Under the pieces are notes generated by a model. That model did not search any database and had not been told where the DNA came from. It saw only the letters and a program-made list of their open reading frames with translations. Positions 30,028 through 40,960 of a stretch of DNA of 64,000 nucleotides are shown here, in pieces (position 1 is the stretch's first letter; each line of letters begins with the position of its first letter). Both the position numbers and the translations under genes were made by a program. Source of the stretch: a virus; IMG/VR virus record IMGVR_UViG_3300032080_000001, positions 32,001-96,000 of that record. The stretch is one strand, 5' to 3'.

Positions 30028-30603
30028 ATGGCGCGCCTCCTGGTGTCTGGAAGTCGCCACATCGTCAACCCCGAGGCGGTGTCAACCATCCTCGACACGG
30101 TTGTCGAGCTGATGGGATTCCCCCTCGATACGGTGGGCTATTTCGACACACTGTGGGGGGTGTCCCTCGCGGCAGGTGAGTGGGTACAGGCAAGGGGCCA
30201 CCCCGAGAGGGTGTTCTACTCCGTTACTGAGGCCGTGAAATGGGTAGCGGCGGACCCGGAGAGTGCTCTGGTCTACATCTACGACGACCCGAGTGACACG
30301 GGGGTGATGGACGAAGCGCGGCGTAGAGGCGTGGCGGTACTGGAATACTTCGTAGACCGGGAAGCCACTAGCCCGCCAGAGGCGGCTCCGGACCCGAACG
30401 TCGAGGCGGCCCTCGTTCGGGAGATACAGGCGCACCTCGACGCGGAGATACTGCGCGAACAGGACTACTGGGCAGCTACGAAGAAAACTGCTGCGGTAGA
30501 TACGCTCTTCGAGCAGGCGTTCGCCAAGTGGGGCGCAGTCCGTCCCGAGGATGCCTTCAACCGGTTCGCTAAGAACCCACTTGACGGGTGGGAGTTCAAA
30601 TGA
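30028..30603 (+). CDS. Hypothetical protein, possibly a degenerate SLOG fold
   Basis: N-terminal LLVSGSRH resembles the SLOG IIxGSR start. Confidence 0.4.
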   Translation: MARLLVSGSRHIVNPEAVSTILDTVVELMGFPLDTVGYFDTLWGVSLAAGEWVQARGHPERVFYSVTEAVKWVAADPESALVYIYDDPSDTGVMDEARRRGVAVLEYFVDREATSPPEAAPDPNVEAALVREIQAHLDAEILREQDYWAATKKTAAVDTLFEQAFAKWGAVRPEDAFNRFAKNPLDGWEFK

Positions 30604-31217
30604 CGCTGAACGACAACTGGCTCGGCTTCGGGCGATGGAACGAGGAGTTTGCTGCCACCGCCGCGCAGGTGGACACGGCGGGGCTGTACGGGCCCCTGCG
30701 GGGCGTCACGGAAATCGAGTTCGGCCGCCTGCGGCGTGCTCTGCGCTGTACGGTGACGCCCTTCGACGGCGGTTACCACGTCTACGACCCGAAGGGTCGG
30801 GAAGGGGTACCCGAGGACGCGCTTCCGGGGGAGTTCGTGAACCTGGACGACGGCGCCGCCACCACGCGCTGTTACTGCGAGGACTTCCTCCTGCCGGGTG
30901 GCGCGCGTGGTGAGGGCGACGAGGCCCGGTCCGGCGAGGAGAGCGGCCGACCGTGTAAACACATCCTAGCAGCGTGCCTTGCTCACCCCGAGCATCGCAA
31001 GCAGCTGGAGCCCTTCGTACGAACGATGGAGCACCAGGACCGCGTCGCGGCAGCGGCTAAGAAGACCGTCACCGGCGAGGAGGCCGAGGCGGTGGCCCTG
31101 GCCGAGGAGGAAGGTGTGGGCCGCCTGCATGCACAGGTGGCTCTTACGGAAGCGAAGGGCGACGTGGACGCGGCGCGTAACCTCCTCCGTCAACGGGCGA
31201 AATGGATGCTACGATGA
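30600..31217 (+). CDS. SWIM zinc-finger protein with C-terminal EF-Ts-like UBA domain
   Basis: CYCEDF...PCKHILA (SWIM); EEGVGRLHAQVALTEAKGDVDAARNLLRQR. Confidence 0.65.
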   Translation: MTLNDNWLGFGRWNEEFAATAAQVDTAGLYGPLRGVTEIEFGRLRRALRCTVTPFDGGYHVYDPKGREGVPEDALPGEFVNLDDGAATTRCYCEDFLLPGGARGEGDEARSGEESGRPCKHILAACLAHPEHRKQLEPFVRTMEHQDRVAAAAKKTVTGEEAEAVALAEEEGVGRLHAQVALTEAKGDVDAARNLLRQRAKWMLR

Positions 31218-31697
31218 ACAAAGAGCGACCGACTCTCACTGGGGCCCTGCTGTACAGTGTGGAGGCAGTGCCCGGCATGACCGCGAGCCAGTGGGCCTCG
31301 CGTCTGGACGAAGACCCCGCCACCGTCTCCAGCCTTCTCCTTCGGCTGTACCGACGAGGGGCGGTGGAACGACGCTGTTGCGGACCGCGCGGCGGCTTCA
31401 CCTACCATCCGGGTGCGGAGTGAGAAAAGTGATGACTGAGTACTTCCTCGCTGCGTACGAGGGCATTCGTGCGCTGCGGAGTGGCTGGAAGCTGCGGGAC
31501 TTGCGCGGCACGCTGCGCGGCCCGATTCGAGATTTCAAAGGCAACGTGCTGTCGTGGTGCCACTTCTGTAACCAGGGCATATACGAGGGCGAGGGCATCT
31601 ATGCCCCGCCAGAGAAGCTGGGGTGGGACGGCCCGTACGTGGCGGTCGAAGTCTGCCCTCGCTGCCTGCGGGGGCCCACCGACGACAACGAGAACAC

Positions 31698-32300
31698 ATG
31701 AACGAAATCGAGCGTAAGTACTTGGCGTCCTACCAGCTCGCGTTTTTCAACGGCGAGATGGAGAAGGACCTGACCGTGAAGCAGGGGTACATTGTGGCCC
31801 TGTCGTTCATGGAGTGGCGCCTCCGCGCGACAGACTACCACATCCCCGCCAAGGGGCTGCGGTTCCACACGGCGTTCAAGTTCGGCAACGGCTTCGTGCG
31901 CAAGGAGTACGAGTGGGAGATTCCGGGATGGGCCTGGAAGACGCTCTCGGTGCTCGTGTCGAACTGGCTGTCGAAGACGCGGTACTCGCGCGGTGGCTGG
32001 GATGTGGACATCTTCCACGGACCCCTGGCGGGGCTCATCCTCGCGGAGGCCGAGGTGGCGACCGCCGACGCGGAGTTCCCGCCGGTACCGGTAGGGCTGA
32101 ACCTGCTGCGCGAGGTGACGGAAGAGCGTACCTTCGCCAACAAGAATCTGTCACGGCTCGACAAGACCAAGGCGCGGGCTCTCGTGTCGGGGGTGAAGTC
32201 GATGCGGCTGATGGAGGCGTTCACCTCCGGGCGGGGTTTCAGCAAGACCGCCCTGGTGTACAAGGTCGCGACGGGGGAGGACCTGGTCGAAGTCGCCTAG
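31698..32300 (+). CDS. CYTH domain protein
   Basis: MNEIERKYL (ExExK), KQGY, RKEYEWEI, KTRY, WDVDIF, LAEAE. Confidence 0.85.
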   Translation: MNEIERKYLASYQLAFFNGEMEKDLTVKQGYIVALSFMEWRLRATDYHIPAKGLRFHTAFKFGNGFVRKEYEWEIPGWAWKTLSVLVSNWLSKTRYSRGGWDVDIFHGPLAGLILAEAEVATADAEFPPVPVGLNLLREVTEERTFANKNLSRLDKTKARALVSGVKSMRLMEAFTSGRGFSKTALVYKVATGEDLVEVA

Positions 32301-32370
32301 CGGTGTACTTGCGCGTACCGGTACTGTACTGTTAGATTACCGGAACAACAGCGCACACCCGAAGGCAGTA

Positions 32371-32754
32371 ATGGCGACAAACTACGTGCGGGGGCGGGCC
32401 AAGGAGTACGAGGTCAAGTCCACGCTTGAGGCGATGGGCTACACGTGCACCCGGTCCGCCTCCTCGCAGGGGCTTTGGGACGTGTCGTGTGTCCGTGCAG
32501 ACGGCACGCGGCTCGTCCAGTCGAAGCTGACCAGCACCGGTGATTTCTCGGAGGACGCGAACTGCGCCCTGCTCCGCGACCTGCCCGTAGCGCACAACAC
32601 CACTAAGGAGTTGTGGCTCTATGTGAAGGGTCAAGGGCTGGTCGAGATTCGCGACCTCCGCGAGCCGAAGCCTGACGCACGAACGCCGGAAGGAAAGGCG
32701 CAGCGGGAGAGAGCACGCGAGCGGGCCATCCAGGTCCGCCGTATTATCAAGTAG
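32371..32754 (+). CDS. Hjc-like Holliday junction resolvase
   Basis: YVRGRAKEYEV...GY...RSASSQG.WD...LVQSK. Confidence 0.75.
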   Translation: MATNYVRGRAKEYEVKSTLEAMGYTCTRSASSQGLWDVSCVRADGTRLVQSKLTSTGDFSEDANCALLRDLPVAHNTTKELWLYVKGQGLVEIRDLREPKPDARTPEGKAQRERARERAIQVRRIIK

Positions 32755-32773
32755 CCGTTCAACGACCGGACCA

Positions 32774-33091
32774 ATGTACCAGACCTCCGACAACCTGGCG
32801 CGCTACGGCGCGACGGTGGCCGAGACGCCGCTCAAGGTGGGTCGCGACACCAACCCCGGCTCGCTCGCCAAGAGCATCGTGATGACACTCCAGGAGCGTT
32901 CCAGCGGCACTCTGCGCGTGCGGGCGATGGGCCCCGAGCCCGTGAACCAGATGGTGAAGGGACTCATCATCGCGCAGTCGCAGCTCGCGGCCCAGGCGAA
33001 GGGCATGAGCTACGTGTTCGGGTTCGACACGAAGCGCGAGGGGACCGAAGACATCACGGTCATCCAGGCCGTCGTGACCCTGCACGTGTGA
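32774..33091 (+). CDS. spoVS: SpoVS-family protein
   Basis: LKVGRDTNPGSLAKSI...VRAMGPEPVNQMVKGLIIA matches the SpoVS pattern LKVSxxSNPxSVAGA...IGAGALNQAVKAxAIA. Confidence 0.8.
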   Translation: MYQTSDNLARYGATVAETPLKVGRDTNPGSLAKSIVMTLQERSSGTLRVRAMGPEPVNQMVKGLIIAQSQLAAQAKGMSYVFGFDTKREGTEDITVIQAVVTLHV

Positions 33092-33262
33092 TGGGCAACG
33101 ACATCATCTACTTCGGGGAAGACCCCGGCGAGGACGGGGTTCGCATCACGGTGCCGGTACCCGGTACGCTGCCTGCCCCCGACGCGGACTGACCTGCACA
33201 AATACCGGTAGACGCTACGCTCTCTCCGACGCCCTTGGGACTCCGGTTCCAGGGGCGTTCGT

Positions 33263-34147
33263 ATGAACCACCAAACTCCCAGTACCATGAGCACCGACAA
33301 GTACGGCTTCCGCGAGAGCGCCTCCGGCGTCTGGATTCCCACGGGGTCCCTCATGTTCCCCATCGAGCGGCTCATCACTGCCTCGTGGAATCCGAACGAA
33401 CAGAGCGACAAGGTCTTCAAGGGCCTCGTGCAGAGCATCCAAGACGACGGCTTCCTGGAGCCCGTGCAGGTCGCGCCTATCACCGCCGCGATGCGGGCCA
33501 CCTACCTGAACGAGAGCCACGACAACGGAGAGTACTGGCTCATCGTCGGCGGCGCACACCGCAAGGACGCGGCGGTGATGCTCGGCATGGCCGAGGTGCC
33601 CGTCATCGTGAAGGTGGACTGGGACGAGGACATGGTGAAGCTGCGTAACATGCGGCTCAACATGCTCAAGGGTCGCATCCGCCCTGAGAAGTTCGTGAAG
33701 CTCTTCGAGGAGATGAAGGGCAAGGGCTATCAGGAGGAGGCTCTCAAGGCGCAGATGGGGCTGGTGGAGGAGAAGGCGTTCAAGCACCTCATCAAGGGCG
33801 TGAAGGAGAACCTGCCGAAGTCGTTGGCCGACCAGGTGGACGACGAGGAGGTGAAGAACACCGACGACCTCGCCCGCGTGCTGAACGAGCTGTTCTCCAA
33901 GCACGGGGACACCCTCCCCTTCGGCTACATGGTCTTCGATTTTTCGGGTAAGACCAACTACTGGATTCCGATGACCAGGGAGACGAAGACGGCGATGGAC
34001 CTTGCGTCCTCACAATGCTTCGTAGAGAAACTGGATTTCAACAGCGTTCTTACGAAGCTTCTCCAGGACAAGAGCGCCGTGCAGAAGGCGTTCGATGCAG
34101 CGAAGGCCGAAGCCGACGTAGAAATGGATGCAGTCTTCGGTGACTGA
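33263..34147 (+). CDS. ParB/Srx N-terminal domain protein
   Basis: WNPN...LVQSIQDDGFLEPV...IVGGAHR...EVPV. Confidence 0.8.
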   Translation: MNHQTPSTMSTDKYGFRESASGVWIPTGSLMFPIERLITASWNPNEQSDKVFKGLVQSIQDDGFLEPVQVAPITAAMRATYLNESHDNGEYWLIVGGAHRKDAAVMLGMAEVPVIVKVDWDEDMVKLRNMRLNMLKGRIRPEKFVKLFEEMKGKGYQEEALKAQMGLVEEKAFKHLIKGVKENLPKSLADQVDDEEVKNTDDLARVLNELFSKHGDTLPFGYMVFDFSGKTNYWIPMTRETKTAMDLASSQCFVEKLDFNSVLTKLLQDKSAVQKAFDAAKAEADVEMDAVFGD

Positions 34148-34619
34148 GAAAACCTGTGCGCGGTGCGGGGTGTCGAAGTCAACGGGCGAGTTCCACCAGG
34201 CGAAGTGGTCCGTAGACGGCCACCGGCCTGAGTGCAAGGAGTGCCGCCGCGAGGAAGGGAAGCGCAGGTATGCGGAGAAGCGAGAGCACATCCTGACGAA
34301 GGCGGCCGAGTGGCGCGCAGCGAACCCTGAACGGGTGCGTACGCATGCTCGTAGGAAGAACCAGCACCTCCGTACGTCCGTCATAGAGGGCTATGGGGGT
34401 GCGTGTGCTTGTTGCGGCGAGGACGAGCCGAAATTTCTGTCTATCGACCACATCTGTGGAGGCGGTACTCAGGAGAGGAAAACAGTACCGAGTACAACGC
34501 TTTACCGGCGGCTCATTAAGGAGGGTTTCCCGAGGGACCGGTACCAGCTCCTCTGCCACAACTGCAACATGGCGAAGGGCTTCTACGGTGCCTGCCCGCA
34601 CCAGTTGAAGGCTGCGTGA
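34140..34619 (+). CDS. HNH endonuclease
   Basis: KTCARC...CKEC zinc finger; CACCGE, LSIDHI, LLCHNCN. Confidence 0.85.
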   Translation: MTEKTCARCGVSKSTGEFHQAKWSVDGHRPECKECRREEGKRRYAEKREHILTKAAEWRAANPERVRTHARRKNQHLRTSVIEGYGGACACCGEDEPKFLSIDHICGGGTQERKTVPSTTLYRRLIKEGFPRDRYQLLCHNCNMAKGFYGACPHQLKAA

Positions 34620-34735
34620 TTCGTACGAAAGGCGCTCGCTTCGGCGGGCGCCTTCTTCATACCCCTTGACAAAACTCTCTGACCTGATTATACTACGCAC
34701 AAGCAGAAGATGACCGACAACGAAAGGGAACTACG

Positions 34736-37700
34736 ATGGTTCTCGGAGTGCAAGAGCTGCGCGACTTGGGCGTGGACCTGACCTACGTCTCGGTCTTCAC
34801 GCTTCCCAGCGTGATTTCCCCGCTCGGGTCGCCGGTTGCCGCGACCGTCGTTAGCCTGCCGAATAACGCGCACGACGCGCGGGATTTCGCGCAGCGCTAT
34901 TTCGATTCGCGACGCGGCCGTGTGGGTGTGCTGGACCGCGCTACGGAGGACGACCCTGACCACGCGTACATGCGCGTCTTCGAGTGGGCGGTGGCCTCGT
35001 GACGCGAGACAAGCTCATCGAGCAGGCACTTACCGGCGCGGTCGTGAACACAGACGACGGACTGGCGCTAAGCCTAGACGCGGAAGAGGGTCTGTGGGTT
35101 GGCCGGGCTCAGGAAGAGCAAGTGAGCGTCGGGCTGGAGAACACGCGGCTGTTGGCGGATACCCTCGTGCGAGCCGGTTACGCCTCACCTACCGAAGACC
35201 TGGACAAGGCGCTACAGGCCGCTGCCGACCTCGCGGGTTTTATCGACCACTCTCCTCCGTGGGAGCGGGCGCGAGAAGTACTCTGCTCCTTGGCGAAGAA
35301 GCACGGGGTGGCCATCGACTACCCCTGCACCTGACGGCGGCACGAAGTTCGCGGCGCGCCCTCCCCCGGTCGCGGCGACGGTGAACCGGAAGCGAAAGGC
35401 AAGACGATGAGCACGACGGTATGGGATTGCCCGTTGACGCTCGAACCCGCGCAGGAAGTCGAACTTCCCGAGGGTGCCACTCCCCTGACCGTGCTGGCGC
35501 ACAACAGCGGGGTGAGCGAGCGACCCGTCTGCCTCTTCGCCCTAGCGGACCCTGGCCGCCCGATACAGCGGCGCCGCGTGGTCATCTTCGACGGCGGCCA
35601 GTCCCGTGTAAACGTGCGGCCGGAGGATTACGTCGGCACCGTCGTGCTCGGGGCAGAGCACCAGTACGTCGCGCACGTCTTCCTGCCTCCCGCAGGCGTG
35701 GGGAGGGACTGATGTTCGTGGTGACGAAGGAGGAGCTGCGAGAGTTCTACGGCTACGCCGCGTGGTGCCTCGGGCGCACCAGCGTGTTCTCTCCTCACGC
35801 GTTGGACGAGTGGAATTGTCTCGATGCCGAGGTGAAGGAAGAGTGGCGCTTGCGCGGGGAAGACCGCGCGTGGTGGACCAGCCAGCGAAAGGCACACTGA
35901 TGCATACTGCGGTGGAACTGCCGACGACTGAGCCGCAAATCGTGTGGCTGTGTCGTGTCGAACACGCCTATGACCCTTCTTCTATCGAAGGCATAGTCGC
36001 GAACGGGGAAGTGGCGCGGACCTGGCTAGAGGGGCAGCGCTCGTCGGACGAAGACTCGTGGCTGCGATACAGCTTGAACGTGGGTGACATACACGAGTAC
36101 GCCAGCGGAGGTTTCTACTATATCCGGCCTGATGGCGGAACTGTTAGCGCTGTGCCCCTCCGCGTTGCGGTCACGACCTGTGACATGGAGAGTGTGTAGA
36201 GATGGCGACGAGCAAAGACTACGAGCGGATGGAGACGCTCAAGGCGTATACCCGCACCCACGGGCTCGCGGCAGGTATCGACAAGGCCGTGCGTGACGCG
36301 GAGAAAATCGAGCACCTGACCAAGTGCGAGTCCCGCGCGCGCATTCTGCGGCAGGGCGGGTACGGCACGCTCGCCGTGGCGTTCGAGAACCGCGCGCTCT
36401 TCCTCAAGGCGAACGGGGTGCTGGTATGATGCATCCCGCCGATTGTCCCTGGTGCGAAGGAGAGGGTCTCCCTCGTCCGAACAACGCCGCGTGGATTTGC
36501 CCGGTATGCGGTGCCTACTACCCTGCGGTGATAGCATGAGCCACTACAGCCAAGGGACCCACGCGGACAGCACCACGCACCGCATCATCTACCTCGACGG
36601 GCGGCCGGTGGCGATGGCGTACAACGCCGGTGACGACCGCGAAGTAGTGGAGGCCATGCTCCAGGAGCCGGTCTCCCTCGGGCTGCTGTTGCGTACCTTA
36701 TGGTCCGCTGAGCGCTCGTTGGCTGAGGCGGTGATTGATGAGCGGGTGCCGTCCTATCTCCAAGACGCCGTGCGTGAGGTGCTGGGGGAGGCCCCGTGAC
36801 CAACGACGCGACCCTGGAGCGTATTGCGGTGCTTGCTCGGGAGGCGCAGGAGAGCAACGACAGCTCCAATGCGTTCGACGCGCTACGCGACATCCTGGAG
36901 GTAATTGAGAGCCGACCGCAACCGGCGGTGAGAGATGCGGCTCCGCTGGCTCGCATTCGGGAGCGCTTGCAACACGTAGAAGGTCTATTGGCTGTGGACC
37001 GCCCGCTATATACGGCCTCCATGTTCATGGCGCGTGAGTGCGGCGACCCCACCGCCGACAAGCATCGCGCAGGCGCCTACCTGACGCTCAAGTCGATTCA
37101 GCGCAGACTGGAGGCGTACGAAGAGAATGTCGAGGCAGCAGTAAGTCTGTTTGCCGAAGCTGCTTCGGGCTTCGTGTTTGACTCCTCCTGGATTCAGCCT
37201 GTAAGGAGAACCGAACAGGAGCGGCGCTTGGCGTTCAACGAAGGAAAGCTTTTGCTGTTGGGCGACGCAACGAGTACCGCCGAACAGGCGGAGCCGACGC
37301 GGGCGCTCGGCCTCATACGAAAGGATGACAAGGCATGAAGCTTTACAAGCTGCGACACAAGCCCACAGGCTTGTATTACAAGCCCTCGAAGCACCGCAGC
37401 AAGAGCAACCTATCGGCGCAGGGAAAGGTGTACCATACACGCCCCTCGTTCGGGTGGCTCTCAGGACTCTACCGGCCAATGACAGACGCGGAACGGGCAG
37501 CGGCCGACGCACGGCCTTGGGGGCAGAAACTCCCCCTGGATTTCGACAAAGTGGTGCAGTTCAAATTCATCGAGGACGAGTGGGAAATTGTGGAATTGGA
37601 GGTCGCGTGACAGCACGGGAAGAGCACCTCCGGGTCAGGGAAGAGCTGCGTGAAGCACGCAATCGCGCAGGCGACGAATTCCGCACCTGGAGCCAGTGTT

Positions 37701-38049
37701 CCGCGTGTGTGAACGGCAAGACTTACTGCCCCAGGCATCGGGAGACACTCGCTCGCCTGCAAGGGGCCCAGGCCGCTCTGCGGCTGCACATTCGGCGGTC
37801 CCTCGGAGCGCGGCCGTGAACTTGCGCAACATGTGCGGGCTCTTCTGGCACCACCGGTACGGAGAGCCCGTGCCCGGAAACCTATACGAGAAGGACGGCA
37901 AGCCGCTGTTCGACTACGTGCGTCGTTGCAAGTGCGGAGCCGAGAAGATAGAGGTGTCCGAAGTCGAGGGAAAGCACCACCCCAACATGGTGTTTCAGTA
38001 CGGTGACGTGTACGCTACCACTAGTGGATGGCCCCTTAACAAACGTTGA
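34736..38049 (+). CDS. Operon of about 13 small hypothetical ORFs
   Basis: Starts after the promoter at 34666 (TTGACA-N17-TATACT). Overlapping ORFs include 34736-35002, 35407-35712, 36202-36429, 36796-37338 and 37335-37610. Confidence 0.55.
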
Positions 38050-38167
38050 TGACCCCTTTCCTGTGGCTTCGGCTACCGGTACATTACGGGCAGGTTAACG
38101 GCCCCGCAACTCACCCCTGCGGGGCCGTCGTGTCCGGCCACACCTAGTTCTGGAAGACCCACGCAAG

Positions 38168-40516
38168 ATGTCTGACCTCTCTACTTATCGCCCGCTCGAC
38201 CCCGGCATGGGCGAAGCCGTCTTCGGCCGCACGTACATGCGATTCGACAAGCACGGCGTCGCGGAAGACTGGGGTAACGCCTCGGACCGCACAAGCTACG
38301 GCAACGTCTCCCTGGTGGACCCCGAGCCCGAGACGAACATCGAGTACCACCAGATGCGCCAGGCCATGCGCCGGGGCGTGCTGGCGATGAGTGGCCGCCA
38401 TCTCCAGCAGGGCGATGCCCTCCAGAAGACCCGGCCGATGGAGGTCTTCACCAACTGCTCGACGGCCCCGTGGTCGTGGGGGAAGTTCTACCTGCTCCTG
38501 AACGGTTCCGGCGTCGGACGCTTCTACGCGGACGGGTTGACGCCGGTAGACTGGCGCCAGATGCCGGACGTGGCCCTCGTCATCGGCTCGGTGCCGCAGA
38601 CGTACAAGGGCACGCACCTCAAGTCCGGCCACCTGCACCCCGAGGCCAAGAAGGCGTGGGCCGCCGGATTCCAGAACCGTGACGCATTTCTGCGCGACCT
38701 CAACACCCGGGGGCGGAAGCACTTCCTCTTCCCGGTGCCGGACTCCCGCGAGGGGTGGGCGCAGGCGGTCGAGATGCTGGAGTCGATGGCGTACGCCGGG
38801 TCGTATAGGAACACCCTCGTCATTCTGGACTTCTCCGAGGTACGCCCCGAGGGTGCCCCCATCGGCGGAATGCAGGACCGTCCCGCCAGTGGACCGCTCC
38901 CGCTCATGGAAGCGCTGCGCGACCTGGCGGCGCTCAAGCACGGAGACATGCGTCCGTGGAAGCAGGCGATGCACGTGGACCACTACCTCGCCCGTACCGT
39001 GCAGGTCGGCGGCGCCCGTCGTGCGGCTCGCATCGCGGTGAAGCCGTGGACGGACCCGGTCGAGGACGTGCTGGAGTTCATCCACGTCAAGCAGAACGAC
39101 AGCCAGGCGGGCGGCGACGGCCTGTGGTCGAGCAACAATTCGGTGGGCGTGGATGCGGAGTTCTGGCGTCTTGTCGGAGCGGCGCAGGCGAAGTTCATCA
39201 ACGTCTACGGTGTTTCAGCAGCCACGACGCTCACGCGTGAGGAAACGAAGGCGTGGCGTATCTTCGAGGCGGCGAGTCGCGCCGCGTACGAGCACGGCAA
39301 CGGGGAGCCCGGCTGGCTCAACCTCGACAAGCTGGCGCAGAACGACGAGGGTATGGAGGTCTACGACGACGGCATCTTCGCGCAGTCCGACCGCTACACG
39401 CCGATGCCCCTCACGAAGGCGCTGTCGGCGGCGCTGGTCGCGGCCGTGAAGGCGCTGCCGTACAAGTACATCGTGAACCCGTGCGGCGAGATTTCGCTCT
39501 TTGCCCTCGGCGGGTTCTGCGTCATCGCGGACGTGGTGCCGTTCCACGCCGATACGCTGGACGAGGCTCGGCAGGCGTTCGTGCTGGCGGCCAGGGCGCT
39601 GATGCGGGTGAACACGATGGAGAGCATGTACTCGAAGGAGGTCCATCGTACGAACCGCATCGGGGTGGGATTCACGGGCATCTTCGAGTTCGCCTGGAAG
39701 TTCTTCGGCCTGACCTTCCAGGACCTCATCGCGGACTACGACCTGCTGATGCGTCCGTGGAACCCGACCGACCACTGGAAGGTGATGCGGTCGCAACTCT
39801 TCTGGCGCTGGATGTGGGAGACCTCGCAAGTCGTCATCGAAGCGACGAAGAAGTACGCGTCCGAACTCGGCGTGGCCGTGCCGCACACGGTGCTGACGGT
39901 GAAGCCAAGTGGCACCATCTCGAAGCTGTGGGGCGTTACCGAGGGCGCGCATCCGTCCGCCTTCCGCGAGTACCTGCGGTGGACGCAGTTCAACAAGGCG
40001 TCGCAGTCGGACCTCGTCGCGGAGTACGAGGCGAAGGGCTACCCAGTCGTGTGGGACATCGTGAACGCGCAGGGCGTGAACGTATACCCGAGCGTGGCCA
40101 TCGTGGGCTTCCCGACGCGCCCGCTGATTCGCACTCTCGGCATCCCCGAGGAGCGGTTTACCACGGCCAGCGACGTGACGTTCGCGGACCACTTCAAGTG
40201 GGTCTCGCTCATCGAGCGATTCTGGCTCGGAGCAGAGAAGGGCAACCAGGTCTCGTACACCGCGAAGTTCGACAAGCGCGTCACGTCGTACGAGGAGTAC
40301 ACGCGGGCCATCCAGACCTGGATGCCGAAGGTGAAGGCCATCTCGGTGCTCGCCACGAGCGATTACGCCGAGACGGTGGCGACGTTCGGCTACAGCCCCG
40401 AGCAGCCCATCACGGCCGAGGAGTACGAGGAGTACATGGCGGTCATCACGCAAATGGCGGAGACGTTGACCGACGACGACCTCCGCTGCCTGGGCGGGGC
40501 CTGCCCCATCATTTGA
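38168..40516 (+). CDS. nrdJ: Class II (B12-dependent) ribonucleotide reductase
   Basis: FTNC, GSGVG, GGARRAA, NNSV, GEPG, NPCGEI, RIGVGFTG, TVKPSGT, and C-terminal CLGGACPI. Confidence 0.9.
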   Translation: MSDLSTYRPLDPGMGEAVFGRTYMRFDKHGVAEDWGNASDRTSYGNVSLVDPEPETNIEYHQMRQAMRRGVLAMSGRHLQQGDALQKTRPMEVFTNCSTAPWSWGKFYLLLNGSGVGRFYADGLTPVDWRQMPDVALVIGSVPQTYKGTHLKSGHLHPEAKKAWAAGFQNRDAFLRDLNTRGRKHFLFPVPDSREGWAQAVEMLESMAYAGSYRNTLVILDFSEVRPEGAPIGGMQDRPASGPLPLMEALRDLAALKHGDMRPWKQAMHVDHYLARTVQVGGARRAARIAVKPWTDPVEDVLEFIHVKQNDSQAGGDGLWSSNNSVGVDAEFWRLVGAAQAKFINVYGVSAATTLTREETKAWRIFEAASRAAYEHGNGEPGWLNLDKLAQNDEGMEVYDDGIFAQSDRYTPMPLTKALSAALVAAVKALPYKYIVNPCGEISLFALGGFCVIADVVPFHADTLDEARQAFVLAARALMRVNTMESMYSKEVHRTNRIGVGFTGIFEFAWKFFGLTFQDLIADYDLLMRPWNPTDHWKVMRSQLFWRWMWETSQVVIEATKKYASELGVAVPHTVLTVKPSGTISKLWGVTEGAHPSAFREYLRWTQFNKASQSDLVAEYEAKGYPVVWDIVNAQGVNVYPSVAIVGFPTRPLIRTLGIPEERFTTASDVTFADHFKWVSLIERFWLGAEKGNQVSYTAKFDKRVTSYEEYTRAIQTWMPKVKAISVLATSDYAETVATFGYSPEQPITAEEYEEYMAVITQMAETLTDDDLRCLGGACPII

Positions 40517-40586
40517 CCAAGGCTACCAGTACTGTACCGGGAGCCCGGTAGGCGGGCTCCCCACTACTCGACGAGGATTCTTACGA

Positions 40587-40865
40587 ATGAGCAAGAAGCT
40601 GCTGTTCTTCCATCAGGCTAACTGCCCGCCCTGCGAAGAGGCCAAGCCCAAGATTGCGGCACTCCTGCTGCGTGGGCTCGCTGTCCACTACATCGACCTG
40701 ACGCCCGGAGAGCAACAGCACCCGCAGGCGGCGGAGCTGGTCCAACGCTACCGGGTGAAGTTCACCCCGACCGCCGTGGTCGTGGACGCCGACACCGGCG
40801 AGCGGCGCGGCTCGCAGTTCGGCAAGCTCATCAACACCGAGACCCTGGTATCGTTGCTCTCATAA
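40587..40865 (+). CDS. Thioredoxin
   Basis: CPPC active site, YRVKFTPT; directly after the RNR gene. Confidence 0.85.
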   Translation: MSKKLLFFHQANCPPCEEAKPKIAALLLRGLAVHYIDLTPGEQQHPQAAELVQRYRVKFTPTAVVVDADTGERRGSQFGKLINTETLVSLLS

Positions 40866-40960
40866 GAATGGCCCGCTTCGGCGGGCCTTCTTCGTATGCC
40901 CTTGACAAAACGTGTTGTAACGATTACTTTACTCGCACTTCACCCGCACCAGAAAGACAC

